NCBI GenBank assembly: GCA_029247985.1
Contig: JAQWKF010000075.1
Span: forward strand, 1-43,759
Direction of reading: 5' to 3'
DNA from: Flavobacteriaceae bacterium
GTDB lineage: Bacteria; Bacteroidota; Bacteroidia; Flavobacteriales; Flavobacteriaceae
Length of the DNA: 43,759 nucleotides
In this document: piece by piece, positions 26,768 through 36,497 of the stretch
Layout: each line of letters starts with the position of its first letter
Position numbering within the stretch: the stretch's first letter is position 1
Notes under the pieces: model-generated
Databases searched by the model: none
What the model was told of the DNA's origin: nothing
The model's input: only the letters and a program-made list of their open reading frames with translations
Program-made: the position numbers and the translations under genes

Positions 26768-28153
26768 ATGGAATTTCCATTTGGTGATTTTTCTGATTTA
26801 CCAATTTCGCGTTTTGAGTCAATGCTCAAAACAAACGAAATTCAATTTTTTGATGCCTCAGAATTTGAAGAGATTGGACAATATTATATTGATGCCGCTA
26901 ACCTGAGTATGGCAAAAAAAGCCATTGAAGTTGGACTCAACCAACACCCTGACGCAACAGAGCTCATTTTACTCCTTATTGAATACTATACCCTAACGAG
27001 TTCCTATGAAGAGGCTCGCATTTTAGTGGATAACCTTATCGCTGTTGAACCCTTCAACCCTTACGCCTTCCAGCATTTGGCGGTAATACAATCCAAGTGC
27101 AATGAACATCAAGAAGCTATCGAATCTCTTAAAAAAGGACTGGCCTATGCAGACAATAAATATGAATTTCATTCGCTTCTTGCAATGGAATACCTCTACT
27201 TAGACGCCTTTTTTATGGCAAAAGAGTATTTCATTAGATGCTTGGAGGAAGAGGTAACAGATAATCATGCCTTGTACAACATCATTTATTGCTTTGAGTC
27301 CTTAAAAGATGCTGACGGTGCTATTGCCTACATGAACGAGTTTTTAAACAGAGACCCCTACAACGAAGTTGCATGGCATCAATTGGGAAGACAGTATTTA
27401 GCCAAGCAAATGTATGAGCAAGCCATCACTGCCTTTGATTTTGCTGTTATTTGTGACGACACCTTTATTGGCGCATACTTAGAATTAGGAAAAGCGTTGG
27501 AACAGCTTGGACGTTATAATGAAGCTATCAATCACTACGAAATTACACTTAGTATTGATGACCCTACGGCTTTTGCACTCCTGCGCATTGGAGAATGTCA
27601 TTTAAAACTCAAAAACGATGAGTTGGGTATTAAGTTTCTTAAAAAAGCCATACACGAAGACCCATTGTTAGATAAAAGCTGGCTGGCACTGTGTGGGCAC
27701 TATATGCGTAACAAATCCTATGCAAAAGTACTGCACTACATCAAGAAAGCTGTTAAAATTGATTCCGGTCATGTGAAGTACTGGCGTTTGTATGCACAAG
27801 CAAATAAGGCATTGGAGTTCTTTGAGGAATCAAATCTCGCATACGAACGTTTGGTAAATCTTGGAAACTATGAACTACAAACTTGGTTAGACTGGGCGAG
27901 TGTCTTGTTGCAATTACAAGACTATAGCAAGGGGATTGAGACCTTACAACAAGGTTTGGATTTTCATCCTGAAAATAGCTCCCTAAACTATATGCTCGCG
28001 GGATTTTATATGATGCAAGCAAAAGCAAATGAAGCTTCCTTTTTTCTTAAAAATGCTTATGCCATCAATCCGAATGAACTGGATGTTTTATATGAAACCT
28101 TCCCAACTTCAAGGGCTTCAGTATTGGTAAAAGACACCTTATCAATTTCATAG
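26768..28153 (+). CDS. tetratricopeptide repeat protein
   Basis: 461 aa of repeated 34-residue A/Y/L-patterned helical units (for example AWHQLGRQYLAKQMYEQAITAFDFAV, AYLELGKALEQLGRYNEAINHYE). Confidence 0.75.
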   Translation: MEFPFGDFSDLPISRFESMLKTNEIQFFDASEFEEIGQYYIDAANLSMAKKAIEVGLNQHPDATELILLLIEYYTLTSSYEEARILVDNLIAVEPFNPYAFQHLAVIQSKCNEHQEAIESLKKGLAYADNKYEFHSLLAMEYLYLDAFFMAKEYFIRCLEEEVTDNHALYNIIYCFESLKDADGAIAYMNEFLNRDPYNEVAWHQLGRQYLAKQMYEQAITAFDFAVICDDTFIGAYLELGKALEQLGRYNEAINHYEITLSIDDPTAFALLRIGECHLKLKNDELGIKFLKKAIHEDPLLDKSWLALCGHYMRNKSYAKVLHYIKKAVKIDSGHVKYWRLYAQANKALEFFEESNLAYERLVNLGNYELQTWLDWASVLLQLQDYSKGIETLQQGLDFHPENSSLNYMLAGFYMMQAKANEASFFLKNAYAINPNELDVLYETFPTSRASVLVKDTLSIS

Positions 28154-28202
28154 TACGCTTTACGCTTGATTGCGTAATTTTACATTCCAACACATCAGCC
28201 TA

Positions 28203-29144
28203 ATGAAGCAATCCGTGAAAGAACATATTGTCATCTATCTCAAAGGCTTAGCTATGGGCGCAGCTGATGTGGTTCCAGGAGTTTCTGGAGGTACCATTGC
28301 GCTCATCACACATATCTATGAAAGACTCATTAAAGCTATAGACAAGGTTTCAATTACATTACTCTTGCAGTTGTTTGGTCGTGATAGAAAAGCGGCTTGG
28401 CAATCTCTTGATGGTCCATTTATATTGGCGTTAACACTAGGAATTGGCACAGGTATGCTATTAGTAAGCAGTGGCATTTCATGGCTGCTAACGGCATACC
28501 CTATCCCATTATGGGCCTTTTTCTTTGGACTGATACTAGCAAGTGCCTTTGTTTTAAAAAACAGTGTTTCTAGATGGAATATTTCCGCTTTCACAGCTAT
28601 GATATTAGGTTTTCTTGTTGCTTTGGGAATAGGATTAATTACGCCCAGCTCAGGTTCAGATAGCTTACTATATCTCTTTTTCTGCGGTATGCTTGTGGTT
28701 ATTGCCATGATACTCCCCGGAATTTCTGGTGCGTTTATTCTCATCTTACTCGGTGCGTACGAAACTGCCTTGAACACATTAGATAAAATAAAGGCCTTTG
28801 AAATTGAGGGATTGATTGTTTTCTTGGTAATGGCTGCAGGGGGATTGATAGGGCTAAAAGTTTTTGCAAAGGTTTTACGGTGGCTTTTTGCTCAACACAA
28901 AAATATCATTTTGGCAACGATGACAGGCTTTTTAATGGGCTCATTGTACAAAGTATGGCCGTGGAAAAAAATCTCAGCATACTACACCAATAGCAAAGGA
29001 ATTGAAGAACCGCTAACGACAAAAGTTACGCTGCCAGAATTCTCCAACCCCGATGCACAGGTGTTACTGGCTTCAATAGCATTTATAGCGGCATTATGTT
29101 TGTTGTATTTTTTAGAAAAATTTAGCAGAAAAAACCATGTCTAA
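28203..29144 (+). CDS. DUF368 family membrane protein (PopT-like), copy 1
   Basis: Trimmed to the ATG at 28203. GLAMGAADVVPGVSGGT and the internal repeat LPGISGAFILILLG. Multi-pass membrane protein. Confidence 0.85.
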   Translation: MKQSVKEHIVIYLKGLAMGAADVVPGVSGGTIALITHIYERLIKAIDKVSITLLLQLFGRDRKAAWQSLDGPFILALTLGIGTGMLLVSSGISWLLTAYPIPLWAFFFGLILASAFVLKNSVSRWNISAFTAMILGFLVALGIGLITPSSGSDSLLYLFFCGMLVVIAMILPGISGAFILILLGAYETALNTLDKIKAFEIEGLIVFLVMAAGGLIGLKVFAKVLRWLFAQHKNIILATMTGFLMGSLYKVWPWKKISAYYTNSKGIEEPLTTKVTLPEFSNPDAQVLLASIAFIAALCLLYFLEKFSRKNHV

Positions 29145-30063
29145 GCGATCAGTATCAGATTATAGCTTATTAATCCTCAAAGGGATTGCTATGGGTATTG
29201 CTAATAAAATTCCAGGGGTTTCTGGAGGTATAGTTGCAGTCGTGACAGGTTTTTATGAAGAGCTTATTTTTTCCTTTCAACGCCTAAATTTCAAAGCCAT
29301 ATCGCTGCTTTTTAGAGGTCGCTTTAGAACTTTTTGGCAATACATTAATGGCACGTTTTTAATAGCCTTGTTTGTTGGGGTTATACTGAGTTACTTCACC
29401 CTTTCGCTAATGCTGGACGCTGCCTTAAATTCCTATCCACTAAACGTGTGGGCATTATTCTTTGGTTTGGTTTTGGCATCTGCACTAATCTTGTATCGAG
29501 ATTTCAGCAATTGGCGTAAAAGAAATTTGTTGCTTAGCCTTGTCGGACTAGCTGTTGGTATTGGTTTAAGTGTGTTGTCGCCATCAGAAGAAAATACCAA
29601 CCTATTATACATTTTTTTGTGCGGTTATTTGAGCATCATAGGGATGACTTTACCCGGCTTATCGGGATCGTTTTTACTCATTCTAATGGGCAATTATTCA
29701 CTACTACTGGTAGACAGTGTAAATGCTTTGGGTAGATATATCATAAGTCCGTTTAGCAGCATTGAGCTACTCCCGCAAGACGAGACGTATGCCCTTATGT
29801 TTGCCGTATTCCTACTAGGTTCATTGGTTGGTATCAGCAGCTTGTCAGCCCTTATTCACAAAATCCAACAACGTGCCAAAGACGAACTCCAAGCCGTATT
29901 GATTGGATTTGTTTTTGGATCGCTGTTTATTCTTTGGCCTCCAAATAGAATTGCTAATTTTGCAGAAGTAAATAACATATCCGACAGCATCTGGGCCATT
30001 TTGTGGTGTGGTGTTGGCTTACTTGTTGTTTTTGCACTAGATTATTATGAGCGAAAAAAATAA
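29137..30063 (+). CDS. DUF368 family membrane protein (PopT-like), copy 2
   Basis: GIAMGIANKIPGVSGG and LPGLSGSFLLILMG. The start overlaps the end of copy 1 by 8 nt. Confidence 0.85.
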   Translation: MSKRSVSDYSLLILKGIAMGIANKIPGVSGGIVAVVTGFYEELIFSFQRLNFKAISLLFRGRFRTFWQYINGTFLIALFVGVILSYFTLSLMLDAALNSYPLNVWALFFGLVLASALILYRDFSNWRKRNLLLSLVGLAVGIGLSVLSPSEENTNLLYIFLCGYLSIIGMTLPGLSGSFLLILMGNYSLLLVDSVNALGRYIISPFSSIELLPQDETYALMFAVFLLGSLVGISSLSALIHKIQQRAKDELQAVLIGFVFGSLFILWPPNRIANFAEVNNISDSIWAILWCGVGLLVVFALDYYERKK

Positions 30064-30793
30064 AATGCTTTTTGGACTTTTAGGTAAGGATGTAGACTAT
30101 TCCTTTTCTAGAGCATACTTTGCAGAGAAGTTTAAAAAAGAGGGGCTTGATCACTGCTCGTATCAGAATTTTGATTTAGCCGATTTAACTGATTTTAAGG
30201 CGGTTTTACAAACGCCTCAACTCAAAGGGATGAATGTTACCATTCCATACAAACAAGAGGTGATGCCCTTTCTTGATAATCTTGATGAAGTTTCAAAAGC
30301 TATTGGTGCAGTGAACACCATTGTGTTTAATAAAGACGGAACGACGACAGGACATAACACCGATTATATTGGTTTTCAAAAGAGTATTGCTCCTATGATT
30401 ACTGATGAAGTTAAGGCTGCGTTAGTGCTTGGTACAGGTGGTGCATCTAAGGCGGTGGTATATGCATTAAACAAAATGGGAATCAAAACCCAATATGTTT
30501 CAAGAAAGAAACACACCAATAATCTGACCTATGATGAAATAACTGAAGCAATATTAAATGATCACAAACTAATTGTGAATTGCACGCCTTTGGGAACTCA
30601 TCCCAACATATTTCAAAGACCAAATCTCAACTACGACCAACTGACAAACACGCATATTTTGTTCGATTTAATTTACAACCCCTCAGAAACAGCCTTTATG
30701 AGAGCAGGTAAAAAGGCGGGAGCTAAGGTTGGGAATGGCGAAAATATGTTAGTAGCACAAGCTGAAGCCTCTTGGCATTTGTGGAATATGTGA
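30047..30793 (+). CDS. aroE: shikimate dehydrogenase
   Basis: NVTIPYKQEV, GAVNTI, GHNTDYIGF and VLGTGGASKAV motifs. 17-nt overlap with the upstream DUF368 gene. Confidence 0.9.
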   Translation: MSEKNKMLFGLLGKDVDYSFSRAYFAEKFKKEGLDHCSYQNFDLADLTDFKAVLQTPQLKGMNVTIPYKQEVMPFLDNLDEVSKAIGAVNTIVFNKDGTTTGHNTDYIGFQKSIAPMITDEVKAALVLGTGGASKAVVYALNKMGIKTQYVSRKKHTNNLTYDEITEAILNDHKLIVNCTPLGTHPNIFQRPNLNYDQLTNTHILFDLIYNPSETAFMRAGKKAGAKVGNGENMLVAQAEASWHLWNM

Positions 30794-30843
30794 TTTTTTT
30801 TGAGTGGTATACTATAAATTGTATATTCGAATTGATTTAAATC

Positions 30844-32853
30844 ATGACTATGTTGGAAAAAGCCGACAACGATTTGCCAAAAGCAAACGACGAAAACGTA
30901 AGTGAAGATGCTTCTACCCCCAATGCTAAAAAAGAAGACGACACTTCAAAAAAACCTACTCAACCTCCCGTTGAATCGGAAACAGGAAATCTAGCCGAAA
31001 TGGACCAGCCTGCACCCGAAAATCAGCAAGAAGAAACAGTCGAGGTCACTGAAGAGCCCGTCGAGACTGTACATGATGCTTCCGAAACTGAGGAAGCAGC
31101 AGAAACCCCCGATAAGGACGCTACAACTGAGGCTGAGCGTTCGGAGCAAGTGTTCGAGGGCATGGAACCCAAGGAAATGGTGGAATATTTCTCTGAAGCA
31201 TTGGATAACAAACCCATTCAAAATTTAAAAAGCACTGCGGATGCCGTAACCAAGGCCTTTGAAAAAGAAATGGCAAGCCTTAAAGACACCCAAAGGCAAG
31301 CTTTTATAGCCGAAGGGGGTAATCCAGATGCGTTTTACTTTAATCCACCAATACTAAAAGATTTCAACAATCTCATTCGTAAATACAAATCGAATAGAGG
31401 CACATACTATAGAAGCGTTGAAGAAAAACAGCATAAGAGCCTTGAACAAAGACTGGCGCTGATAGAAGAATTAAAAGGGCTTATTAGCGTTGATCAAGAT
31501 ATAAACGCCACCTACAAACAATTTAAAGATTTACAAAGACGTTGGAAAGAAACGGGACAAGTTCCTAGAATGGAAGCCAATAATATTTGGAAAACCTACC
31601 ATCACCATGTAGGGCATTTTTATGACTTCCTTCACCTAAACAGAGAACTACGTGAATTGGATTTTAAATTTAACTTGGAGCAAAAGTTGAAAATTTGCGA
31701 ACAGGCAGAGGCACTAGCTAGCATGGAAGATATTCCAAAGGCCTTTCGTCACTTGCAAACACTACACAAGAAATGGAAAGATGAACTTGGACCTGTGGAT
31801 AAAGAACACAGCGAAGAGGTTTGGCAAAGATTCAGTAATGCTACGAAAATTGTTCATGACAAGCGGAGATATTTTATCAAAAATCAGGAAAAAATTTTTG
31901 AAGAAAATCTTCTTAAAAAAAGAGCTATTCTTTCTCAAATGGAAGAATTACTCGCCAAAGAATTTAATTCTAAAACCAATATCAATAACTTTTCGAAAAC
32001 TTATGAAGGTTTACGAGAATCGTTTTTTGCCATTGGCAAAGTGCCTGAGAAACACCGCAACGATTTATGGTCAACTTTCAAAAGAACATCAAATCAGTTT
32101 AGCAAAAAAAGAAATCGCTTTTACAAATCGCTAAAAAAGGAATATGCAACTAATGTTGCAAAGCGTAAGGAACTTATTGCGCAAGCAGAAATCTTGAAAG
32201 AGCAAACCAATCAAAAAGAAACAACGCTAAAAATTATCGCTTTACAAAAGGAATGGAAAACTGCCGGACCTGTGAGAAAAGAAGATTTTATAAAACTAAA
32301 CACCCTGTTTAGAGCCTTGTGTAATGAGTATTTTGAAAGTAAAGATGCCAATCGAAACCAGCAAAACGAAAAGCAAAAGGAAAATCTCAATAAAAAAATG
32401 ACACTATTGTCGTCTCTTAAAGATATGATTTCTTCAGATGACAAACCCAATGAAAAAGACATTGACAGCATGGTGTCACAATGGAATGCCATAGGCTATA
32501 TTCCGAGAAATAAGATGAGCATAAATCAAGACTTTTTAAGCTTGGTTGACAACGCTTATAAGATTATTGGTCTTTCCTCTTCGGAAATCACCCAAAAAAG
32601 TTATCAGAATAAACTTGACAACATTAAAGAAGATGACGATAGTATACGTAAAGAGGTACAATCACTGAACCGTCGCATTAGCGAAATAAAACAGGAGATT
32701 ATACAACTGGAAACCAACCTTCAGTTTTTTGGGAAAAATCAAGACAAGAATCCTATAGTCATAAAGGTCCATGAAGACATCGCCAAGCATCAAAAACGAC
32801 TAGAAAGCTTAGAGCAAAAGAAGCGTTTGGCAAAATCTTTACACAAACACTAG
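30844..32853 (+). CDS. DUF349 domain-containing protein with an acidic low-complexity N-terminus
   Basis: Repeated helical units carry the DUF349-type W-x3-G-x-V/I-P/R motif (RWKETGQVPR, KWKDELGPVDK, EWKTAGPVRK, QWNAIGYIPR). The first ~100 residues are Glu/Thr/Asp-rich. Confidence 0.7.
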   Translation: MTMLEKADNDLPKANDENVSEDASTPNAKKEDDTSKKPTQPPVESETGNLAEMDQPAPENQQEETVEVTEEPVETVHDASETEEAAETPDKDATTEAERSEQVFEGMEPKEMVEYFSEALDNKPIQNLKSTADAVTKAFEKEMASLKDTQRQAFIAEGGNPDAFYFNPPILKDFNNLIRKYKSNRGTYYRSVEEKQHKSLEQRLALIEELKGLISVDQDINATYKQFKDLQRRWKETGQVPRMEANNIWKTYHHHVGHFYDFLHLNRELRELDFKFNLEQKLKICEQAEALASMEDIPKAFRHLQTLHKKWKDELGPVDKEHSEEVWQRFSNATKIVHDKRRYFIKNQEKIFEENLLKKRAILSQMEELLAKEFNSKTNINNFSKTYEGLRESFFAIGKVPEKHRNDLWSTFKRTSNQFSKKRNRFYKSLKKEYATNVAKRKELIAQAEILKEQTNQKETTLKIIALQKEWKTAGPVRKEDFIKLNTLFRALCNEYFESKDANRNQQNEKQKENLNKKMTLLSSLKDMISSDDKPNEKDIDSMVSQWNAIGYIPRNKMSINQDFLSLVDNAYKIIGLSSSEITQKSYQNKLDNIKEDDDSIRKEVQSLNRRISEIKQEIIQLETNLQFFGKNQDKNPIVIKVHEDIAKHQKRLESLEQKKRLAKSLHKH

Positions 32854-33632
32854 CCCAACTCCTCTTTGGCTACTTGCCAAAGCTGTTCCCATTGATCGGG
32901 CGTTAGATTATCAAGCGCTAGCCCTTGCAGCTTTGCTGTCTTTTCCATGGCTTCAAAACGGCTACGAAAACGTCTGTTTGATGATGAGAGTGCATCGTCG
33001 GGGTTGATTTTAAGAAAACGTGCATAATTGACTAGCGAGAAGAAAACATCTCCCATTTCATCAGATATTTTTTCTTTTGTGCCATGTTCAATTTCATAAT
33101 CCAACTCACCTAATTCTTCATTGATTTTATCTTTTACCCCATCAATACTTTTCCAATCAAAACCAATGCCCGCGGCTTTATCTTGCATACGACTGGCCAT
33201 AACCAAGCTAGGCAAACTTTTAGGAACTCCTGACAAAACCCCTTTGTTGCCTTCTTTGAGTTTGAGTTTTTCCCAATTTTTCTTTACATCTGTCTCGTCA
33301 GTAACTTCTACGTCGCCATAGATATGAGGATGCCTATCGATAAGTTTTTCTGAAATGGCATTTGCCACATCCCCTATGTCAAAAACACTTTGCTCGCTGC
33401 CAATTTTTGCGTAAAAAACGATATGTAATAGCAAATCGCCTAATTCGTTCTTTACCTCCTCCAAATCGCTTGACAGTAGCGCTTCGCTAAGTTCGTAAGT
33501 TTCTTCAATGGTGAGGTGACGTAAAGAAGTAAACGTTTGCTTTTTATCCCATGGACAATTGGCGCGCAATTCGTCCATAATAGTCAACAAACGATCAAAT
33601 GCTTTAAGCTGTTTGGTTCGTTTGTTATCCAT
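32850..33632 (-). CDS. mazG: nucleoside triphosphate pyrophosphohydrolase MazG
   Basis: CPWDKKQTFTSLRHLTIEETYEL and two tandem EExxE/D MazG repeats (EELGDLL, EEMGDVF-like). Confidence 0.9.
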   Translation of the reverse strand: MDNKRTKQLKAFDRLLTIMDELRANCPWDKKQTFTSLRHLTIEETYELSEALLSSDLEEVKNELGDLLLHIVFYAKIGSEQSVFDIGDVANAISEKLIDRHPHIYGDVEVTDETDVKKNWEKLKLKEGNKGVLSGVPKSLPSLVMASRMQDKAAGIGFDWKSIDGVKDKINEELGELDYEIEHGTKEKISDEMGDVFFSLVNYARFLKINPDDALSSSNRRFRSRFEAMEKTAKLQGLALDNLTPDQWEQLWQVAKEELG

Positions 33633-34222
33633 TATTTACTATTGGTTTTTCCATAAAATCGCATAAGATAGTCAGGCTTGATATTACCACGTGCTATCTG
33701 TGCTAGTTTGGGTTTTAGTAATTTCTTTTTAAGAGGACCCAACTTATCTGTAAACAAAATACCTTCTATATGATCAAATTCATGTTGCACAATTCGAGCA
33801 GCCAATCCACTAATTTCTTCCTCTACTTTTTCGAATTTTTCATTGTAATAAACAATTTCGATTGTAGAGAGTCTGGAAACATCTTCTCGTACATCGGGAA
33901 TACTAAGGCAACCTTCATTGAAAGACTCATTTAATCCGCTATATGAGATGATCTCTGGATTAATAAACACTTTCTTAAATGCTCTTAATTCTTGTTGCTC
34001 AACGTGATCAAGTGATTTGTCTTGTGCAAATGGGCTGCCATCGACGATAAACAATCGAAGCGACTCCCCTATTTGAGGAGCTGCAAGGCCTACTCCATAA
34101 GCAGCATACATGGTTTCCCACATGTTGCTAATGAGCTCTTTAAGTTTCAAGTGGTGCTTTTCTACGTTTTCGGCTTTCTTCTTTAATACAGGATCGCCGT
34201 AGGCTACAATAGGAAGTATCAT
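33632..34222 (-). CDS. def: peptide deformylase
   Basis: GVGLAAPQIG, EGCLSIP and QHEFDH motifs. Confidence 0.95.
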   Translation of the reverse strand: MILPIVAYGDPVLKKKAENVEKHHLKLKELISNMWETMYAAYGVGLAAPQIGESLRLFIVDGSPFAQDKSLDHVEQQELRAFKKVFINPEIISYSGLNESFNEGCLSIPDVREDVSRLSTIEIVYYNEKFEKVEEEISGLAARIVQHEFDHIEGILFTDKLGPLKKKLLKPKLAQIARGNIKPDYLMRFYGKTNSK

Positions 34223-34638
34223 AAACTTTGCTGTTGATCTAAATACCCTTGCAAGATAAGTGTTGCGCTCAATTTATCAATAACTTCTTTTTTTTGACGC
34301 ACTTTTTTTGGTGCACCACTCATCAAAAGCGATTGTTGTGCCATTTTAGAAGTATATCTCTCATCATAGCGCACGACATTGATATCAGGGAGTTGAGCTT
34401 TTAATTGAGCTACAAAGGGTGTAATTTTAGTTTCTACTGGAGAAGGTGTATTGTCCCGTTGTTTGGGTGCGCCGACAACTAAACGGACTACCTCCTCTTG
34501 ACTGGTGTACTTTTTTAGAAATGGAAGCAATTCTTTTGGCGAAACAGTATCCAATCCAAACGCACAGGTCTGCAAGGGATCTGTAACAGCGATTCCGCAG
34601 CGTTTTGTTCCATAATCTATTGCCATTATTCTTGCCAT
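34219..34638 (-). CDS. ruvX: Holliday junction resolvase-like protein RuvX (YqgF)
   Basis: IMAIDYGTKRCGIAVTDP N-terminus and YDERYTS motif. Overlaps the def start by 4 nt. Confidence 0.9.
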   Translation of the reverse strand: MARIMAIDYGTKRCGIAVTDPLQTCAFGLDTVSPKELLPFLKKYTSQEEVVRLVVGAPKQRDNTPSPVETKITPFVAQLKAQLPDINVVRYDERYTSKMAQQSLLMSGAPKKVRQKKEVIDKLSATLILQGYLDQQQSL

Positions 34639-34717
34639 GCTACAAATGTAAGTAATGAATTTTTGGAAATCATGGATTTGGTTTCATCTCAAAACTTATC
34701 TTTGAAAAAAAAATGAG

Positions 34718-35527
34718 ATGAGCAGAGCCATTATCGAAGCAGCTTGGGAGAACCGAGCGCTTTTACAAGAAGAAGAAACACAACAAGCCATTCGTAAGGT
34801 CATTGACCAGTTAGACCAAGGAATACTCCGCGTTGCTGAACCAACCCATGAGGGGTGGCAAGTAAACGAATGGGTGAAAAAAGCCGTGGTACTCTACTTT
34901 CCCATTCAAAAAATGGAAACCATTGAAGCTGGACCTCTTGAGTTTCATGATAAAATTCCGCTAAAAACAGGTTATAAAGAAAAAGGTATTCGTGTTGTGC
35001 CGCACGCTGTGGCACGTAAAGGCGCCTATATTTCTTCTGGCACCATATTGATGCCTTCTTACGTTAACATTGGTGCCTATGTAGACGAAGGTACCATGGT
35101 AGATACTTGGGCCACTGTGGGGAGTTGTGCGCAAATTGGAAAAAACGTTCACTTAAGTGGCGGCGTTGGAATTGGTGGTGTTTTAGAGCCCCTTCAAGCT
35201 GCACCTGTGATTATTGAAGATAATGCATTTATTGGCTCGCGCTGTATCGTAGTAGAAGGTGTTCGCGTAGAAAAAGAAGCCGTACTAGGAGCCAATGTAG
35301 TATTGACGGGATCTACTAAAATTATTGACGTAACCGGCGATGAGCCTATTGAACGCAAAGGTCGTGTTCCTGCAAGATCTGTAGTCATTCCAGGAAGCTA
35401 TACCAAAACATTTGCAGCAGGCGATTATCAAGTACCTTGTGCCCTTATCATTGGCAAAAGGAAGGAAAGCACCAATAAGAAGACCTCTCTTAACGATGCA
35501 TTAAGAGAATACAATGTGTCTGCCTAA
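34718..35527 (+). CDS. dapD: 2,3,4,5-tetrahydropyridine-2,6-dicarboxylate N-succinyltransferase
   Basis: Length and N-terminus (IEAAWENRALL) fit DapD. The hexapeptide-repeat body (GAYVDEGTMVDTWATVGSCAQIGKNVHLSGGVGIGG) supports the call. Confidence 0.9.
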   Translation: MSRAIIEAAWENRALLQEEETQQAIRKVIDQLDQGILRVAEPTHEGWQVNEWVKKAVVLYFPIQKMETIEAGPLEFHDKIPLKTGYKEKGIRVVPHAVARKGAYISSGTILMPSYVNIGAYVDEGTMVDTWATVGSCAQIGKNVHLSGGVGIGGVLEPLQAAPVIIEDNAFIGSRCIVVEGVRVEKEAVLGANVVLTGSTKIIDVTGDEPIERKGRVPARSVVIPGSYTKTFAAGDYQVPCALIIGKRKESTNKKTSLNDALREYNVSA

Positions 35528-35910
35528 TGTCTATTCAGTATATTTTAGTGGATGCATGGAACACTTTGGTAACTGAAGATGGTATTAACAATCAAATGCT
35601 TTCACTTTTAAACCAGTATGAGACTCGGAAAGTGATTGTAACTAATGCCACTGAAGAAGAAAAAATTAAGTTTGGTATCACTGAAATGCCCTACCCCGTA
35701 TTTAGTTTGGCCCACCAACCTAACAAAACAGACCCTATTTATTTTACAAGGTTGTTGTCATATTTGTCCGTTACTTATAAAGAAGTAATTTATTTTGACC
35801 ACAACCCAAAAGCATGTGAAGCTGCTATTTCGTTAGGAATTAAAACGCATTTTCATTCCAAAGGAGCTAACCTTATACACTTGGTCGCTTTCTTAGACAA
35901 ATACCTTTAA
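35527..35910 (+). CDS. small HAD-superfamily-like protein with a degenerate motif I
   Basis: ILVDAWNTL (DxDxT-like, with Trp at the second Asp position), VIVTNA (motif II), a Lys in NKTDP, and FDHNP (motif IV-like). The start overlaps the dapD stop (TAATG). Confidence 0.5.
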   Translation: MSIQYILVDAWNTLVTEDGINNQMLSLLNQYETRKVIVTNATEEEKIKFGITEMPYPVFSLAHQPNKTDPIYFTRLLSYLSVTYKEVIYFDHNPKACEAAISLGIKTHFHSKGANLIHLVAFLDKYL

Positions 35911-35912
35911 TT

Positions 35913-36497
35913 ATGGCGTATAATATTCGATTAGAGGGAAAAAACCTGATGGTCGCGGAGCGTATGCTTTCTCGCATTTCGCTTATTTTAAATTATTGTG
36001 AAATAAGCTATTGGTTAGAAGGAGGAACATTACTTGGAATCCGTAGAGAAGATAGGCTACTCCCTTGGGATGATGATATAGATGTGTCCATGATGGTGGA
36101 TCAAGAAGATAAACTTCCCCTATTTTACAGAAAACTAAAAAAGGCTGGATATCGTGTAAAAAAACGTTACTTTAAGAGAGATGATGCTCCGTTTAAAAGA
36201 GGTTCTTTACGAATGATTAAAATTCGTGAACGAAGGTTTTTTGGACTAATCAAAGGAGCAGTATGCTTAGATATTTTTATAAAATACCCCAACAATATGG
36301 ATTGTTACTGGGAAATAGCTGATAAGAAAAAATCTGTTCCTAAAAAGTTTTACAAAACTTTAAAAAACATAACGTTTAAAGGTCAAGAATATTCTATCCC
36401 GAAAATGACAGACGCCTATTTAACCTATCGCTATGGAGAATGGAAAACACCAATTAAAGATTGGGACACAGCCAATGATGACAAAGCCTTAGCCTAA
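35913..36497 (+). CDS. LicD family phosphotransferase (CDP-alcohol-dependent, fukutin/LicD-type)
   Basis: YWLEGGTLLGIRREDRLLPWDDDIDVSM is the LicD nucleotidyltransferase-fold signature with a DxD. The YRYGEWKTP C-terminal motif is also present. Confidence 0.8.
   Translation: MAYNIRLEGKNLMVAERMLSRISLILNYCEISYWLEGGTLLGIRREDRLLPWDDDIDVSMMVDQEDKLPLFYRKLKKAGYRVKKRYFKRDDAPFKRGSLRMIKIRERRFFGLIKGAVCLDIFIKYPNNMDCYWEIADKKKSVPKKFYKTLKNITFKGQEYSIPKMTDAYLTYRYGEWKTPIKDWDTANDDKALA

Noticed and set aside
34685-34720. A 7-bp inverted repeat (CATCTCA ... TGAGATG) whose 3' arm covers the dapD start codon, together with a 2-codon uORF (ATG AGA TGA) overlapping the dapD ATG. This could be a translational control element or a lysine-responsive leader.
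   Set aside because: The stem is short with a 22-nt A-rich loop. The whole leader is only about 79 nt, far too small for a lysine riboswitch. Such chance palindromes are common in AT-rich intergenic DNA, so I cannot support it from sequence alone.
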